Below, in pieces: positions 20,937-32,342 of a stretch of 64,000 nt of DNA. The notes below the pieces were generated by a model. The model saw only the letters and a list, made by a program, of their open reading frames with translations. It had not been told where the DNA came from and ran no database searches. A program made the position numbers and the translations under genes. The DNA comes from Pseudomonadota bacterium (GTDB lineage Bacteria; Pseudomonadota; Gammaproteobacteria; Steroidobacterales; MnTg04), in the NCBI GenBank assembly GCA_022560735.1, contig JADFSO010000013.1, forward strand, positions 4,851 through 68,850, in the 5' to 3' direction. The stretch's first letter is position 1. Every line of letters begins with the position of its first letter.

Positions 20937-21308
20937 CTACCGCTTTTTCCATGCGGCCAGCGCTGCATTGATCGCGTCTTCGACGATCAATGCCCGGCCC
21001 AGCTTTTCCGCCGGCAGACCCAGCTCGTCGGCGAGCTGTTGCGGGGTTTCCTGCATGGCCTGATCCACCGGCCTGCCGATCATGCGCTCGGCCATGTATT
21101 CCGCGACCGCGATCGTGTGCGGACAGCCATAGGCCTCGAAACGGGTATCGTGAATCTCCCTGGCGACGATCTGCAGATAAAAAACCACGTCGCTGCCGGT
21201 ACGCCGTATGCCGGCGCGACCGCTGACCCACCGATCCGCGGGCAGCTCGGGACGACCCGCGTGCTGCGGGCGCCTGAAGCGGGACAGTACTGCCTTGCTG
21301 TATTCCAC
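20937..21308 (-). CDS. IscU/NifU-N-like protein with a degenerate cluster-binding site
   Basis: 123 aa, colinear with IscU (YSKAVLSRF..., FEAYGCPHTIA, IVEDAINAALAAWKK). Only the central Cys (YGC) is retained. The PACGD position reads RRTGSD, LPPVK reads LPAEK, and HCS reads GRA. Confidence 0.8.
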   Translation of the reverse strand: MEYSKAVLSRFRRPQHAGRPELPADRWVSGRAGIRRTGSDVVFYLQIVAREIHDTRFEAYGCPHTIAVAEYMAERMIGRPVDQAMQETPQQLADELGLPAEKLGRALIVEDAINAALAAWKKR

Positions 21309-21317
21309 CGCGCTCGA

Positions 21318-22508
21318 TCAGGCGCCGTCCGCCACCGCCATCTGCGGCGCCAGCTCGCGCATGCGGGTGACTTGCCGGGTGGTTTCGGCGATCGCAAAAT
21401 CGATATCGGCCTCGGTGTTGAACCGCCCGACGCTAAAACGTATCGATGCCTGCCCGAGCTGATCGTCGCGACCCAGCGCCCGCAGCACATACGACGCTTC
21501 GGCGCTCGACGAGATGCAGGCCGAACCGGAAGAAACCGCCAGCTTGTGCAGCGCCAGCAACAGGCTTTCTCCCTCAACACCGGCGAAACTGACGTTCAAT
21601 ATTCCGGCCACGCGCCGTTGCGGGTCGCCGTTTAGCCAGACGCCGTCGAGCGCCGACAACCCGCGCCAGAGTTTTTCCCGCAACCCCAGCAGCCGTTGAT
21701 GATCGGATTCCAGCTCGGCCGCGGCGATCGCATAGGCTTCGCCCATGCCGACGATCTGGTGGGTCGCCAGGGTCCCCGCGCGCAGACCCAGTTCCTGACC
21801 CCCGCCGTGGATGATCGGTTCGAGCCGACAGCGCGGACTGCGGCAGACGTACAACGCGCCGATGCCCTTGGGCCCATAAATCTTGTGCGCGGTAAACGAC
21901 ATCAGGTCCACCTGCAGCTCGGCCAGGTTGATGGCCAGCTTGCCCACGCTTTGCGCCGCATCGACATGGAACAGGACGGCGCGTTCGCGGCACAACTCGC
22001 CGATGGCCGCGATATCGGTAATCGTCCCGATCTCGTTATTCACCTGCATCAGCGAGACCAGGATGGTGTCGTCACGCAGCGCGTCGGCCAGTTGCTGCGG
22101 TTCGATCATGCCACCCGCCAGCGGGCGCAGGTAGGTGAGCTCGAAGCCTTCCTTTTCCAGTTGCCTGCAGGTATCCAGAACCGCCTTGTGCTCGATTTTC
22201 GAGGTGACGATGTGCCTGCCCCGATCGCGGCGAAAGCGTGCGCCGCCCGTGATCGCCAGGTTATCCGATTCGGTGGCGCCTGAAGTCCAGATGATTTCCT
22301 CGTGGCTTGCCCCCACCAGGCCGGCGACCTGGCCACGGGCATCTTCGACCGCCCCCTTCGCCCGGCGCCCGAACACATGGGTGCTCGACGCCGGGTTGGC
22401 AAACAGACCATCCGCGGTCAGGCAGCCGGCCATCTTGTCGGCGACCCGCGGATCCGTCGGCGTGCCGGCCGCGTAATCCAGGAATATCGGTCGTTCTGAT
22501 TCAGTCAT
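21318..22508 (-). CDS. iscS: cysteine desulfurase, IscS/NifS class
   Basis: 396 aa with PLP lysine motif [11 protein letters not shown] and active-site loop SSGSAC. Colinear with E. coli IscS. Confidence 0.95.
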   Translation of the reverse strand: MTESERPIFLDYAAGTPTDPRVADKMAGCLTADGLFANPASSTHVFGRRAKGAVEDARGQVAGLVGASHEEIIWTSGATESDNLAITGGARFRRDRGRHIVTSKIEHKAVLDTCRQLEKEGFELTYLRPLAGGMIEPQQLADALRDDTILVSLMQVNNEIGTITDIAAIGELCRERAVLFHVDAAQSVGKLAINLAELQVDLMSFTAHKIYGPKGIGALYVCRSPRCRLEPIIHGGGQELGLRAGTLATHQIVGMGEAYAIAAAELESDHQRLLGLREKLWRGLSALDGVWLNGDPQRRVAGILNVSFAGVEGESLLLALHKLAVSSGSACISSSAEASYVLRALGRDDQLGQASIRFSVGRFNTEADIDFAIAETTRQVTRMRELAPQMAVADGA

Positions 22509-23233
22509 TGGGATTTTTTCCCGGTTGGCTTCTGCATGGCCGCAAGCATGCCACGAAGAATATTGATCTCATTCTCATCCGGAACGGCGCGGTTGAACAA
22601 ACGCCGCAAGCGGCGCATCAAGTGTCGCGGATTATCCGGATCGAGAAAACCATTTTCCAGCAAAACCTCCTCCAGGTGCCGATAAAAGCGCTGCATATCC
22701 TCCGCCGCCGCGGGCGGCGGGTCGGCGGATGCCGGCGGCAAAGAAGTCTGCCCGCGCGCAAGACGGATTTCGTAGGCCAGGACCTGCACCGCCATCGCCA
22801 GGTTCAGCGAGCTGTAATCGGGGTTCGCCGGAATGCTGATCAGCAGGTGACAACGCTCCAGCTCTGCGTTGGTCAAGCCGTACTTTTCCCGGCCGAACAG
22901 CAATGCGACCGTGGTATTGGCGGTACTCGCCACGATCTCGGCAGCCGCTTCGCGCGGCGTCTTGCAAGGCCAGGCCAGGCTGCGCTGCCGGGCGCTGACC
23001 GCGGCGACCAGGCCGCAGCCCGTCAAAGCCTGGTCGAGACCGGCGACCACCGTTGCCGATTCCAGCAACCCGTGCGCGCCGGAGGCCCGGGCGGTGGCGT
23101 CGTCATCGGGAAAGGATTTCGGCGCGACCAGCCAGAGATCGTCCAGCCCCATGTTATGCATCGCCCGCGCGGCGGCGCCGATATTGCCCGCGTGGCTGGT
23201 TTCCAGCAACACGATTCTCAGCGCATGACTCAT
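22505..23233 (-). CDS. trmJ: tRNA (cytidine/uridine-2'-O-)-methyltransferase TrmJ (SpoU family)
   Basis: Start set to ATG 23233 ([25 protein letters not shown]), which matches the length of the E. coli TrmJ N-terminus. The track start 23251 is also possible. Has the [14 protein letters not shown] knot motif. Overlaps the iscS start. Confidence 0.88.
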   Translation of the reverse strand: MSHALRIVLLETSHAGNIGAAARAMHNMGLDDLWLVAPKSFPDDDATARASGAHGLLESATVVAGLDQALTGCGLVAAVSARQRSLAWPCKTPREAAAEIVASTANTTVALLFGREKYGLTNAELERCHLLISIPANPDYSSLNLAMAVQVLAYEIRLARGQTSLPPASADPPPAAAEDMQRFYRHLEEVLLENGFLDPDNPRHLMRRLRRLFNRAVPDENEINILRGMLAAMQKPTGKKSQ

Positions 23234-23365
23234 GGCGACGAGACCCCGCAAACCCGCTCAATTTCAAACGACACCGGCGAAAACTCCTGATGTTTGCTAT
23301 TCTTCCGCTCCCGAAAGGCCGTCGTATTATAAAGGCCACTGCTGTTTGATAAACAGGTGATCCCG

Positions 23366-24160
23366 ATGAACCCGATGCTGAACATAGCCCGGCAGGCCGC
23401 CCTGAATGCCGGCGACATCATCGTGCGCAACATCAATCGCCTGCAACGGCTGCAGGTCACCAAAAAAGGCCGCAACGACTACGTCACAGAGGTCGACCGG
23501 CTGGCCGAGCAGGAAATCATCGGCACCATACGCCATTCATACCCGGATCACGCCTTTCTCGGCGAGGAAAGCGGCCGGACCGGCGATAGCGATCTGGTCT
23601 GGATTATCGACCCGCTGGATGGCACCACCAACTACCTCCACGGATTCCCGGTATTCGCCGTATCGATCGCGCTACAGATCAAAGGCCGCCTCGAATGCGG
23701 TCTGATCTACGACGTCATGCGCCAGGAAGTCTTCGAGGCCTCCCGCGGCCAGGGCGCAAAAGTCGATGGCCATCGAATCCGGGTCAGCAAACAAACCGGT
23801 CTGCAAGGCGCTTTGATCGGCACCGGTTTCCCGTTCCGCAACGACAACCGCTGGCTCGACGAGTACATGGACATGCTCAAGGCCGTGATAAAAAGCGCGT
23901 CCGGGATCCGCAGGCCCGGCGCGGCCGCACTGGACCTGGCCTATGTCGCCGCCGGCCGGCTCGACGCGTTCTGGGAGACCGGTCTGTCACCGTGGGACAT
24001 GGCGGCCGGCGCGCTGATTATTCGCGAGGCCGGCGGCTTCGTAACCGACTTCAGCGGCGGCGAGGACTTTCTGGAAAGCGGCAACATCATCGCCGGCAAC
24101 CCGAAAGTCTATAAGGAACTGGCCAAAACAATTCACCCATACATCGGCGCGCTCGGTTAG
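23366..24160 (+). CDS. suhB: inositol monophosphatase family protein SuhB
   Basis: MNPMLNIARQAALNAG start at ATG 23366 (the track uses GTG 23357). IMPase motifs EESG and WIIDPLDGTTNY. Divergent from trmJ as in E. coli. Confidence 0.93.
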   Translation: MNPMLNIARQAALNAGDIIVRNINRLQRLQVTKKGRNDYVTEVDRLAEQEIIGTIRHSYPDHAFLGEESGRTGDSDLVWIIDPLDGTTNYLHGFPVFAVSIALQIKGRLECGLIYDVMRQEVFEASRGQGAKVDGHRIRVSKQTGLQGALIGTGFPFRNDNRWLDEYMDMLKAVIKSASGIRRPGAAALDLAYVAAGRLDAFWETGLSPWDMAAGALIIREAGGFVTDFSGGEDFLESGNIIAGNPKVYKELAKTIHPYIGALG

Positions 24161-24168
24161 CCCGCAAG

Positions 24169-25104
24169 CTAGGGCATTTCGTCGAGCTCTTTGTCGATCA
24201 CCGGCGGCAGCAGGTCCTGGGTCGAGACATCGAAGGCCAACGCCAGGCTGCTGGCCACGTATATCGACGAATAAGTGCCGACCACGACGCCGATGATCAG
24301 CGCCATCGCGAATGCATGGATGGCTTCACCGCCAAGGAAAAACAAGGCCGACAATACCAGCAACGTCGTCATCGATGTGATCAGCGTGCGGCTCAGAGTC
24401 TGGTTGATGGATACATTCATGACTTCCAGCGCATTGCTTTTACGAATCCGCAAAAAATTCTCGCGAATCCGGTCGAACACGACGACGGTATCGTTCAACG
24501 AGTAACCGATAACCGCGAGCATGGCCGCGAGCACCGCAAGATCGAACGGCAGATCGAACACCGAGAAAACCCCCACGGTAATAATCACGTCATGCGCCAG
24601 CGCGGCGACCGCGCCGACCGCGAATTTCCACTGAAAACGGAACGCGACATAGGCCATGATGAACAGCAGGGCGAACAGCATCGCCAGGCCGCCCTGTTCG
24701 CGGAGTTCCGCGCCGACCTGCGGGCCGACAAACTCGACCCGGCCCATCTTCACGGCCGGATCCTGGGCGGCAAGCACTGCGAGGATTTGCTCGCCGATCG
24801 CATCGCTGCTCGCCGTACCTTCCTGCGGCAGCAGGCGAATCAGCACATCGCGCGCGGTGCCGAAATTCTGCAACTGCGCAGAACCAAAGCCTGCCGAGGC
24901 GAGTCCGCTGCGGATTTTCGGCAAATCGGCAGGGTTTGGGTAACTCACCTGGACGAGTACACCGCCGGTAAAATCGATGCCGAAATTCAGACCCTTGGTG
25001 AAAATCGAGCCCACGGAAATAACCAGCAGCAGCATCGACAGGGCGAACGCGCTGCGCTTCTTGCCCATGAAGTCGATGCCGGAAAATGTGAGCATGGTTT
25101 TCAT
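24169..25104 (-). CDS. secF: protein translocase subunit SecF
   Basis: 311 aa. LNFGIDFTGG motif and 6 TM segments. Directly downstream of secD. Confidence 0.95.
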   Translation of the reverse strand: MKTMLTFSGIDFMGKKRSAFALSMLLLVISVGSIFTKGLNFGIDFTGGVLVQVSYPNPADLPKIRSGLASAGFGSAQLQNFGTARDVLIRLLPQEGTASSDAIGEQILAVLAAQDPAVKMGRVEFVGPQVGAELREQGGLAMLFALLFIMAYVAFRFQWKFAVGAVAALAHDVIITVGVFSVFDLPFDLAVLAAMLAVIGYSLNDTVVVFDRIRENFLRIRKSNALEVMNVSINQTLSRTLITSMTTLLVLSALFFLGGEAIHAFAMALIIGVVVGTYSSIYVASSLALAFDVSTQDLLPPVIDKELDEMP

Positions 25105-25117
25105 CGGGAAATCCTTT

Positions 25118-26968
25118 TCAGATCGACAGTTTGTGCAAATGCTGACGGCGGCCGTAAATTACGTTGATCAGCGCGCGGGTGCCGACGATGGCGGTAAACA
25201 TCGAGGTCAGTATGCCCAGCGACAAGGTGACGGCAAAGCCGCGGATCGCGCCGGTGCCAAAAGTAAACAGGACCACGGCGGCGATCAGCGTCGTGACGTT
25301 GGCATCGACGATCGATGAAAACGCCTTGCCATAACCGGCGGTGATGCTGGCTTGCGGACTGTTGCCGTTACGCAATTCCTCGCGGATACGCTCGAAGATC
25401 AGCACATTGGCATCCACCGCCATGCCGACCGTCAGCACGATGCCGGCGATACCCGGCAGCGTCAGTACGGCTTGCAGCAGCGACAGCAATGCCACGACCA
25501 GGACCAGGTTGGCCAATAGTGCGAGGTTCGCGACAAAGCCGAACACGCGGTAATAAATGAGCATGAACGCGAAGACTGCGAGAAACCCGATCCTGACCGC
25601 CTCGAAGCCCTGGTCGATGTTGTCCTGGCCCAGGCTCGGGCCGATGGTTCTTTCCTCGACGATGAATATAGGCGTGGCCAGCGAACCCGCGCGCAGCAAC
25701 AACGCGAGGTCGCGTGACTCGATCGGCGTCAGACCGGTGATCTGGAAATTGCTGCTGAAAATACCCTGGATGGTCGCGATACTGATCACTTCCTCACGGG
25801 TCGAAGACCTGAGGCAACCGCTGTTGCCGGGACCGAGCTCGTCACAGACCTGCTCGATAAACACGACGGCCATCGATTTTTTCAGGTTCTTCTTCGTGGT
25901 TTCGAGCATGCGCCGCGCACCCTTGGCATCGAGCTTGACGAAAACCGCCGGTTGCCCCTGCGAAAAACCCGAGGTCGCATCGCTAAGCTGGTCGCCGGTG
26001 ACGATGACATCGCGCTTGAGCAGCACCGGTGTGCCGTCGCGCTCGTAATACAGTTTGCTGCCCAGCGGCAGCCGGCCGCCGCGCTGAACCTCATAGGGAT
26101 TGCTGTCCTGGTCCACCAGCCGAAAATCGACGGTCGCCGTGGCGCCGAGGACGATCTTGGCCTGTGCCGGGTCCTGCACGCCCGGCAACTGCACGACGAT
26201 ACGATTCAAGCCCTGGCGCTGGACCAGGGGCTCGGCGACGCCCAGTTCGTTGACCCGATTGCGCAAGGTCGTGATGTTTTGCTGGATCGCAGAATCCTGG
26301 CGTTGTTTGACCAGGTTCGTGTTCATGCCGATGCGGATTACCGTTTCCCCGCCAACCCGTCTGTCGCTCAGCACCAACTGCGCATCATAGATACGCAAAA
26401 GACCGTTGACCGTGTCCAGGTCGTCCGGGTTACGCAGCGTCAGGTTGACCGTATCGCCGCTGACCTCGATTCTGCGATAGGGAATCTTCTTCTCGCGCAA
26501 CAGCGCCCGGAAATCGGCTCTGTATCGTTCCATGGTTTGCGCAATCGCGCCTTCCAGGTCGACCTCGTAAAGGAAGTAAACGCCACCGCGCAGATCGAGA
26601 CCCAGGCTCATCGGTTGCAAGCCCAGTGCACGCAGCCAATCCGGCGTACGCGGTTCCATGGTCAGGGCGACGACATAATTGTCGCCAAACTGCTCCCCGA
26701 GAATGGCGGCGGCCTGGATTTGTATGTCGTGGTCGGCAAAACGCACCACCACGCGGTCTTCCTCGAGATGGGCGGCCACGAATTCGACGCCGGCTTCCTC
26801 GAGAAAACCCCTGGCCCGGTTCAGCCCGAGTTCGCCCATGGGCTCGCGCTTGGCGGGCGCGACCTGCAAGGCCGGGTCTTCGCCATAGATATTGGGCAAC
26901 GCCAGCAGCGTGCCGAAAACGATGACCGCGACGACCAGGATGTTCTTCCAGGCTGGATACCGATTCAT
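25118..26968 (-). CDS. secD: protein translocase subunit SecD
   Basis: 616 aa. MNRYPAWKNILVVAVIVFG start, LGLDLRGG motif, large periplasmic domain and C-terminal RND-like TM bundle. Confidence 0.96.
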   Translation of the reverse strand: MNRYPAWKNILVVAVIVFGTLLALPNIYGEDPALQVAPAKREPMGELGLNRARGFLEEAGVEFVAAHLEEDRVVVRFADHDIQIQAAAILGEQFGDNYVVALTMEPRTPDWLRALGLQPMSLGLDLRGGVYFLYEVDLEGAIAQTMERYRADFRALLREKKIPYRRIEVSGDTVNLTLRNPDDLDTVNGLLRIYDAQLVLSDRRVGGETVIRIGMNTNLVKQRQDSAIQQNITTLRNRVNELGVAEPLVQRQGLNRIVVQLPGVQDPAQAKIVLGATATVDFRLVDQDSNPYEVQRGGRLPLGSKLYYERDGTPVLLKRDVIVTGDQLSDATSGFSQGQPAVFVKLDAKGARRMLETTKKNLKKSMAVVFIEQVCDELGPGNSGCLRSSTREEVISIATIQGIFSSNFQITGLTPIESRDLALLLRAGSLATPIFIVEERTIGPSLGQDNIDQGFEAVRIGFLAVFAFMLIYYRVFGFVANLALLANLVLVVALLSLLQAVLTLPGIAGIVLTVGMAVDANVLIFERIREELRNGNSPQASITAGYGKAFSSIVDANVTTLIAAVVLFTFGTGAIRGFAVTLSLGILTSMFTAIVGTRALINVIYGRRQHLHKLSI

Positions 26969-26995
26969 TTGCAGCTTCCTTGTTGCAGGGCCTGA

Positions 26996-27322
26996 TCAGG
27001 CACTCTTTATGGTTCCCTTTGGCAATACCGTGGCAACCGCCTGTCTTTGCAGTTTGATGGAGGTACCATCCGCGATTTCGACCGTCACGAAATGCTCGCC
27101 GACAGCGGTGATTTTAGCGAGGATGCCGCCGTTGGTCACGACTTCGTCGCCGCTGTTCAAAGCGCCGATCATCGTCTTGTGCTGCTTGGCTCTTTTCTGC
27201 TGGGGCCGGATCAGCATGAAATAGAACACCACGAAAAGTATCACGATAAAAAACACGCTGGACATCTGACTCTGCTGGGCAGCGCCGTCCTGGGCCCATG
27301 CGCTGGAAATAAAGAAATCCAT
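26996..27322 (-). CDS. yajC: preprotein translocase subunit YajC
   Basis: 108 aa with a single TM and LIRPQQKRAKQHKTM motif. Sits upstream of secDF. Confidence 0.95.
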   Translation of the reverse strand: MDFFISSAWAQDGAAQQSQMSSVFFIVILFVVFYFMLIRPQQKRAKQHKTMIGALNSGDEVVTNGGILAKITAVGEHFVTVEIADGTSIKLQRQAVATVLPKGTIKSA

Positions 27323-27467
27323 GTTTTCTCCCTTCGCGGCCGGCGCCGTTGCGCACGAACCGGAATATGGTGGTCAAAACGGTTTTTTCAACCGTCGCCT
27401 GGAGCCATCGCTGGCCCGAAAGCCCGTCATTATGGCACAGGCCGAAGCGAATTCTGACAGTAAAAGA

Positions 27468-29613
<2,146 letters not shown>

Positions 29614-29660
29614 AGGCCGCGCATGGTATCAGCTTCGCTAGCGCGCATATTCCACCGGCG

Positions 29661-29689
29661 AAAAAAAAGGCCCGGAAGTATCCCGGGCC
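29661..29689 (-). terminator. rho-independent terminator downstream of the PDZ gene
   Basis: On the minus strand: GGCCCGG GATACTT CCGGGCC (7-bp GC stem, 7-nt loop) followed by TTTTTTTT. Located 30 nt after the PDZ gene stop and before the queA start. Confidence 0.75.
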
Positions 29690-29718
29690 CGGGCGAAAAT
29701 CCTGCGTCTGTCTTGCAA

Positions 29719-30810
29719 TCAAGTGCCCGTGGATGGCCGGGTCTTGAGCTCGTGAATGATCACATCCTCATGAAGGGCCGCATCGTTGCTGCCTTTCCAG
29801 ATCCTGAATTGGTGATCATTCTCGGGCAGCGTGATTTCCAGCTTGCGTTTTTTCTTCTTGCGCATCACCTGCAGTTCGACCGTTTCGCCGGGTTCATAGG
29901 AACCGATGATGCGAAACAACTGACCCGGGCTCGATGGTTCACGATCGCCGACTTTCAATATGACATCGCCGTCCCGCAAATCGATGTCTTCGTTTTTTGG
30001 CGCACGCACGACCAGCAGACCTTTTTTGGTACCGAAATACTCGCCCAGCTCCGGGGTCAGGGAAACCATTTCCATGTCACCCAGCGCGCCGTGGTTCCTG
30101 TGCCCGCCAAAGGCATAAAGCTGCCGCGGACCTCTGGGCATATGCGGGGCAATGGCTCCGCCCGGGATAACAAACTCAAACCTGCGGTGCTCACCCAGGT
30201 CTTTCAGCTCTTCGAGAGACTCCGCCATATCCGAAAAATCGAAGTCGAATGCGAAGTTCGGGAAATTCGGGAAGCTAAACTCGGTGGTCTCGATAACGAC
30301 GCTATGCGGTTTGCCGTCGCGCAGATAATCCACGGTCACTTTTTGCCCCGCTTCGACATCCGCCATGTAGCCGGTCAGTTTGCCGATCGAAGAATCATCG
30401 TCGTCGCCTTTCAGCGAGTTGCCGTCGATTTCGACCAGGATGTCGCCCGCCTGCAGACCCGCCTTCGCGGCCGGCCCATCGGACGATACGCCGGCTACTT
30501 CGACCCCGCCGGCTCCCTTGCCATCGCTGCTTTGCAAATTAATGCCCAGCATCGCCTTTGGCTGCCGGTCCCGGATACGAATCACGACCTCGGCAGCCAA
30601 TTTATGCCCCAGTCGCGCCATTTCGCGAGCGGCTTTCTCCATTTGCTCCCGCGCATCGGCCATTCCCTCGCGGGCGTGCGCCATTTCTACGTCTCGTTCG
30701 GCGTACGGTTCGTCACTGATCTCCCGGGCGTCGGTCGCGTGGACCGGCGCCGCCAGGATCAGCATGCCGGCAACACCAAGGCCGCGGACCAGGATGCTAA
30801 ATATCTTCAT
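29719..30810 (-). CDS. periplasmic protein with two PDZ domains and no protease domain
   Basis: Start set to ATG 30810 (MKIFSILVRGLGVAGMLILAAPVHA signal peptide; GGAG 6-7 nt upstream). PDZ1 is GGVEVAGVSSDGPAAKAGLQAGDILVEIDG. PDZ2 is GLLVVRAPKNEDIDLRDGDVILKVGD. No Ser/His/Asp trypsin-like motifs seen. Confidence 0.8.
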   Translation of the reverse strand: MKIFSILVRGLGVAGMLILAAPVHATDAREISDEPYAERDVEMAHAREGMADAREQMEKAAREMARLGHKLAAEVVIRIRDRQPKAMLGINLQSSDGKGAGGVEVAGVSSDGPAAKAGLQAGDILVEIDGNSLKGDDDDSSIGKLTGYMADVEAGQKVTVDYLRDGKPHSVVIETTEFSFPNFPNFAFDFDFSDMAESLEELKDLGEHRRFEFVIPGGAIAPHMPRGPRQLYAFGGHRNHGALGDMEMVSLTPELGEYFGTKKGLLVVRAPKNEDIDLRDGDVILKVGDREPSSPGQLFRIIGSYEPGETVELQVMRKKKKRKLEITLPENDHQFRIWKGSNDAALHEDVIIHELKTRPSTGT

Positions 30811-30837
30811 GTCTTTCTCCATAGCAAATGCCAATAA

Positions 30838-31482
30838 TCATAAGGAAGCGAAGCTGGCCTCGGTGTAACGAACCTTGACCAGCGAATCCATCAAATTTAC
30901 CTTGGACCGCCACAATTCCCTGGCCTCACCCGAGGCCAGTGCGGTGTCGGGCTGGCTCAGCGTGTAATTCACCAACGCGAGACTGTTTTCCAGGCTGGCG
31001 ATCGTGTTATCGGTGCCCGCGCGGACGACTTCCGGTCGCCCCGGCAGGCTCTGCAACAGCATGCCAAGGCGGCGCGAGCGATCGATCAACGCGTCCAAGT
31101 CGTTGTCCCGCTTAACGGCGACGGAAGCCGGTGCGACATCGCCGGTCGGGGCAGCGACGCGGTTTTCGATCGCGTCGCCACCGCTGAGGTTGCCGGCCAG
31201 CCAGACCACCACCAGCAATGACGCAGCTATTCCCCAGGCCAGCGGTTGCCGCCAGGACGAAGCGGATTTCGAAGGCGCCTGCGCAATCGCTTGCCAACGG
31301 CCGGCGGGCGGCTCTATTTCCGGCAACGAGCGCATGGCCTCGCGCAGATTGTCCAGGCGGGACAGCTCCGCTCTGCAGGCGCCACAGCCGTCCACGTGCG
31401 CCCTGAGCTCAGGATCGCCGGTATGCCCGTCCTGACCCTGCGCGTCGCGTAACTCTAGTAGCTGTTCGATACTTGCATGCAT
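30838..31482 (-). CDS. anti-sigma factor (zf-HC2 type, single-pass membrane)
   Basis: 214 aa. N-terminal H-x3-C-x2-C motif (HVDGCGACRAEL) and TM LAWGIAASLLVVVWLAGNL. Start overlaps the sigma gene end by 28 nt. Confidence 0.8.
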   Translation of the reverse strand: MHASIEQLLELRDAQGQDGHTGDPELRAHVDGCGACRAELSRLDNLREAMRSLPEIEPPAGRWQAIAQAPSKSASSWRQPLAWGIAASLLVVVWLAGNLSGGDAIENRVAAPTGDVAPASVAVKRDNDLDALIDRSRRLGMLLQSLPGRPEVVRAGTDNTIASLENSLALVNYTLSQPDTALASGEARELWRSKVNLMDSLVKVRYTEASFASL

Positions 31483-32048
31483 GTTTGCACCTCACCGGCA
31501 GCCGCCATCATCCTGCGCAGTTTTTGGTGCCCCCGCGATAACTGCGATTTGGAAAAACTGGCGGTCTTGCCCATCATTGTCGCTATCTCCTGGTGGGTAT
31601 AACCCTCCACGTCGTACAGCCAGATCACCGCCCGGGTGACCGGCGCCAGTTGCGCCAGCTGGCGCTCCAGCTCCGCGCTTTCCACGGCCCGCATTCCTTC
31701 CCCCGCGGCGCCGCGGTCTTCGGCCATGCTTTCGTGCTCGGCGTCGAGCGGCGTGGCCAGCCGGTGCCAGGCCGAACGCAGCACCATCAGCGCCTTGTTC
31801 GCGGCGATCCGCCTGATCCAGGCGCCGAGCGGCGCATCGCCCCGGTAGCTGCCGATCTTGCGGATCACCTCGATGAAGGTGTCCTGCATCACCTCCTCGG
31901 CCTGGTGCGGATCACGCAATATCCGGATCGCCAGGTTATAGACCGGTTTCGCATAGGCCCTGTAGACCAGCTCGTGCGCCTTCAGGTCGCCGCGCCGGGC
32001 ACGGCTCACGATGGCCGGATCGATACTGGCTTGCAGGAATGTCGACAT
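31455..32048 (-). CDS. ECF (group 4) RNA polymerase sigma factor
   Basis: 197 aa. Region 2 is AEEVMQDTFIEVIRKIGSYRGDAPLGAWIRRIAANKAL. Region 4 is YDVEGYTHQEIATMMGKTASFSKSQLSRGHQKLR. Confidence 0.9.
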   Translation of the reverse strand: MSTFLQASIDPAIVSRARRGDLKAHELVYRAYAKPVYNLAIRILRDPHQAEEVMQDTFIEVIRKIGSYRGDAPLGAWIRRIAANKALMVLRSAWHRLATPLDAEHESMAEDRGAAGEGMRAVESAELERQLAQLAPVTRAVIWLYDVEGYTHQEIATMMGKTASFSKSQLSRGHQKLRRMMAAAGEVQTCMQVSNSY

Positions 32049-32178
32049 TTCACCTTCTCTGATGCCTTGCAGGAGACGGGGGTCGCAGGAAAATGAAAAA
32101 AAACGGCTGGTCCCTCTGTCTGCATCGCCATGCTACACTTGCGCCCGGTTTTCTGCCGCCCCCCTGCAGTCCGAATAC

Positions 32179-32263
32179 GCCGATGTGGTGGAATTGGTAG
32201 ACACGCAGCACTCAAAATGCTGTGCCTTCGGGCGTGTCGGTTCGAGTCCGACCTTCGGCACCA
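32179..32263 (+). tRNA. tRNA-Leu (anticodon CAA), type II with long variable arm, CCA encoded
   Basis: Hand-folded. Acceptor GCCGATG/CTTCGGC (one U6-U67 mismatch). Anticodon stem CAGCA/TGCTG with loop CTCAAAA. Variable arm GCC-TTCG-GGC. T arm GTCGG-TTCGAGT-CCGAC. Discriminator A followed by CCA. Confidence 0.9.
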
Positions 32264-32342
32264 TGTTCGCTTCGTTTTGCCGGCCATCGAAAACGGTCGC
32301 TGCAGATGCCTGCGGCGCTGGATTCTGCTAGCCTGCCATGGC

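Noticed and set aside
27383-27405. ACGGTT-GAAAAA-AACCGT hairpin followed by TTTTG on the minus strand, between tgt and yajC, as an internal terminator
   Set aside because: The stem is only 6 bp and AT-rich with a short U tract. It lies within a conserved operon (queA-tgt-yajC-secDF) and is too weak to report as a feature.
32179-32263. tRNA-Leu as the insertion point of a genomic island containing the tandem TPR genes
   Set aside because: There is no integrase, no direct repeat of the tRNA 3' end that I could find downstream, and no phage or transposon genes. The flanking genes look chromosomal.
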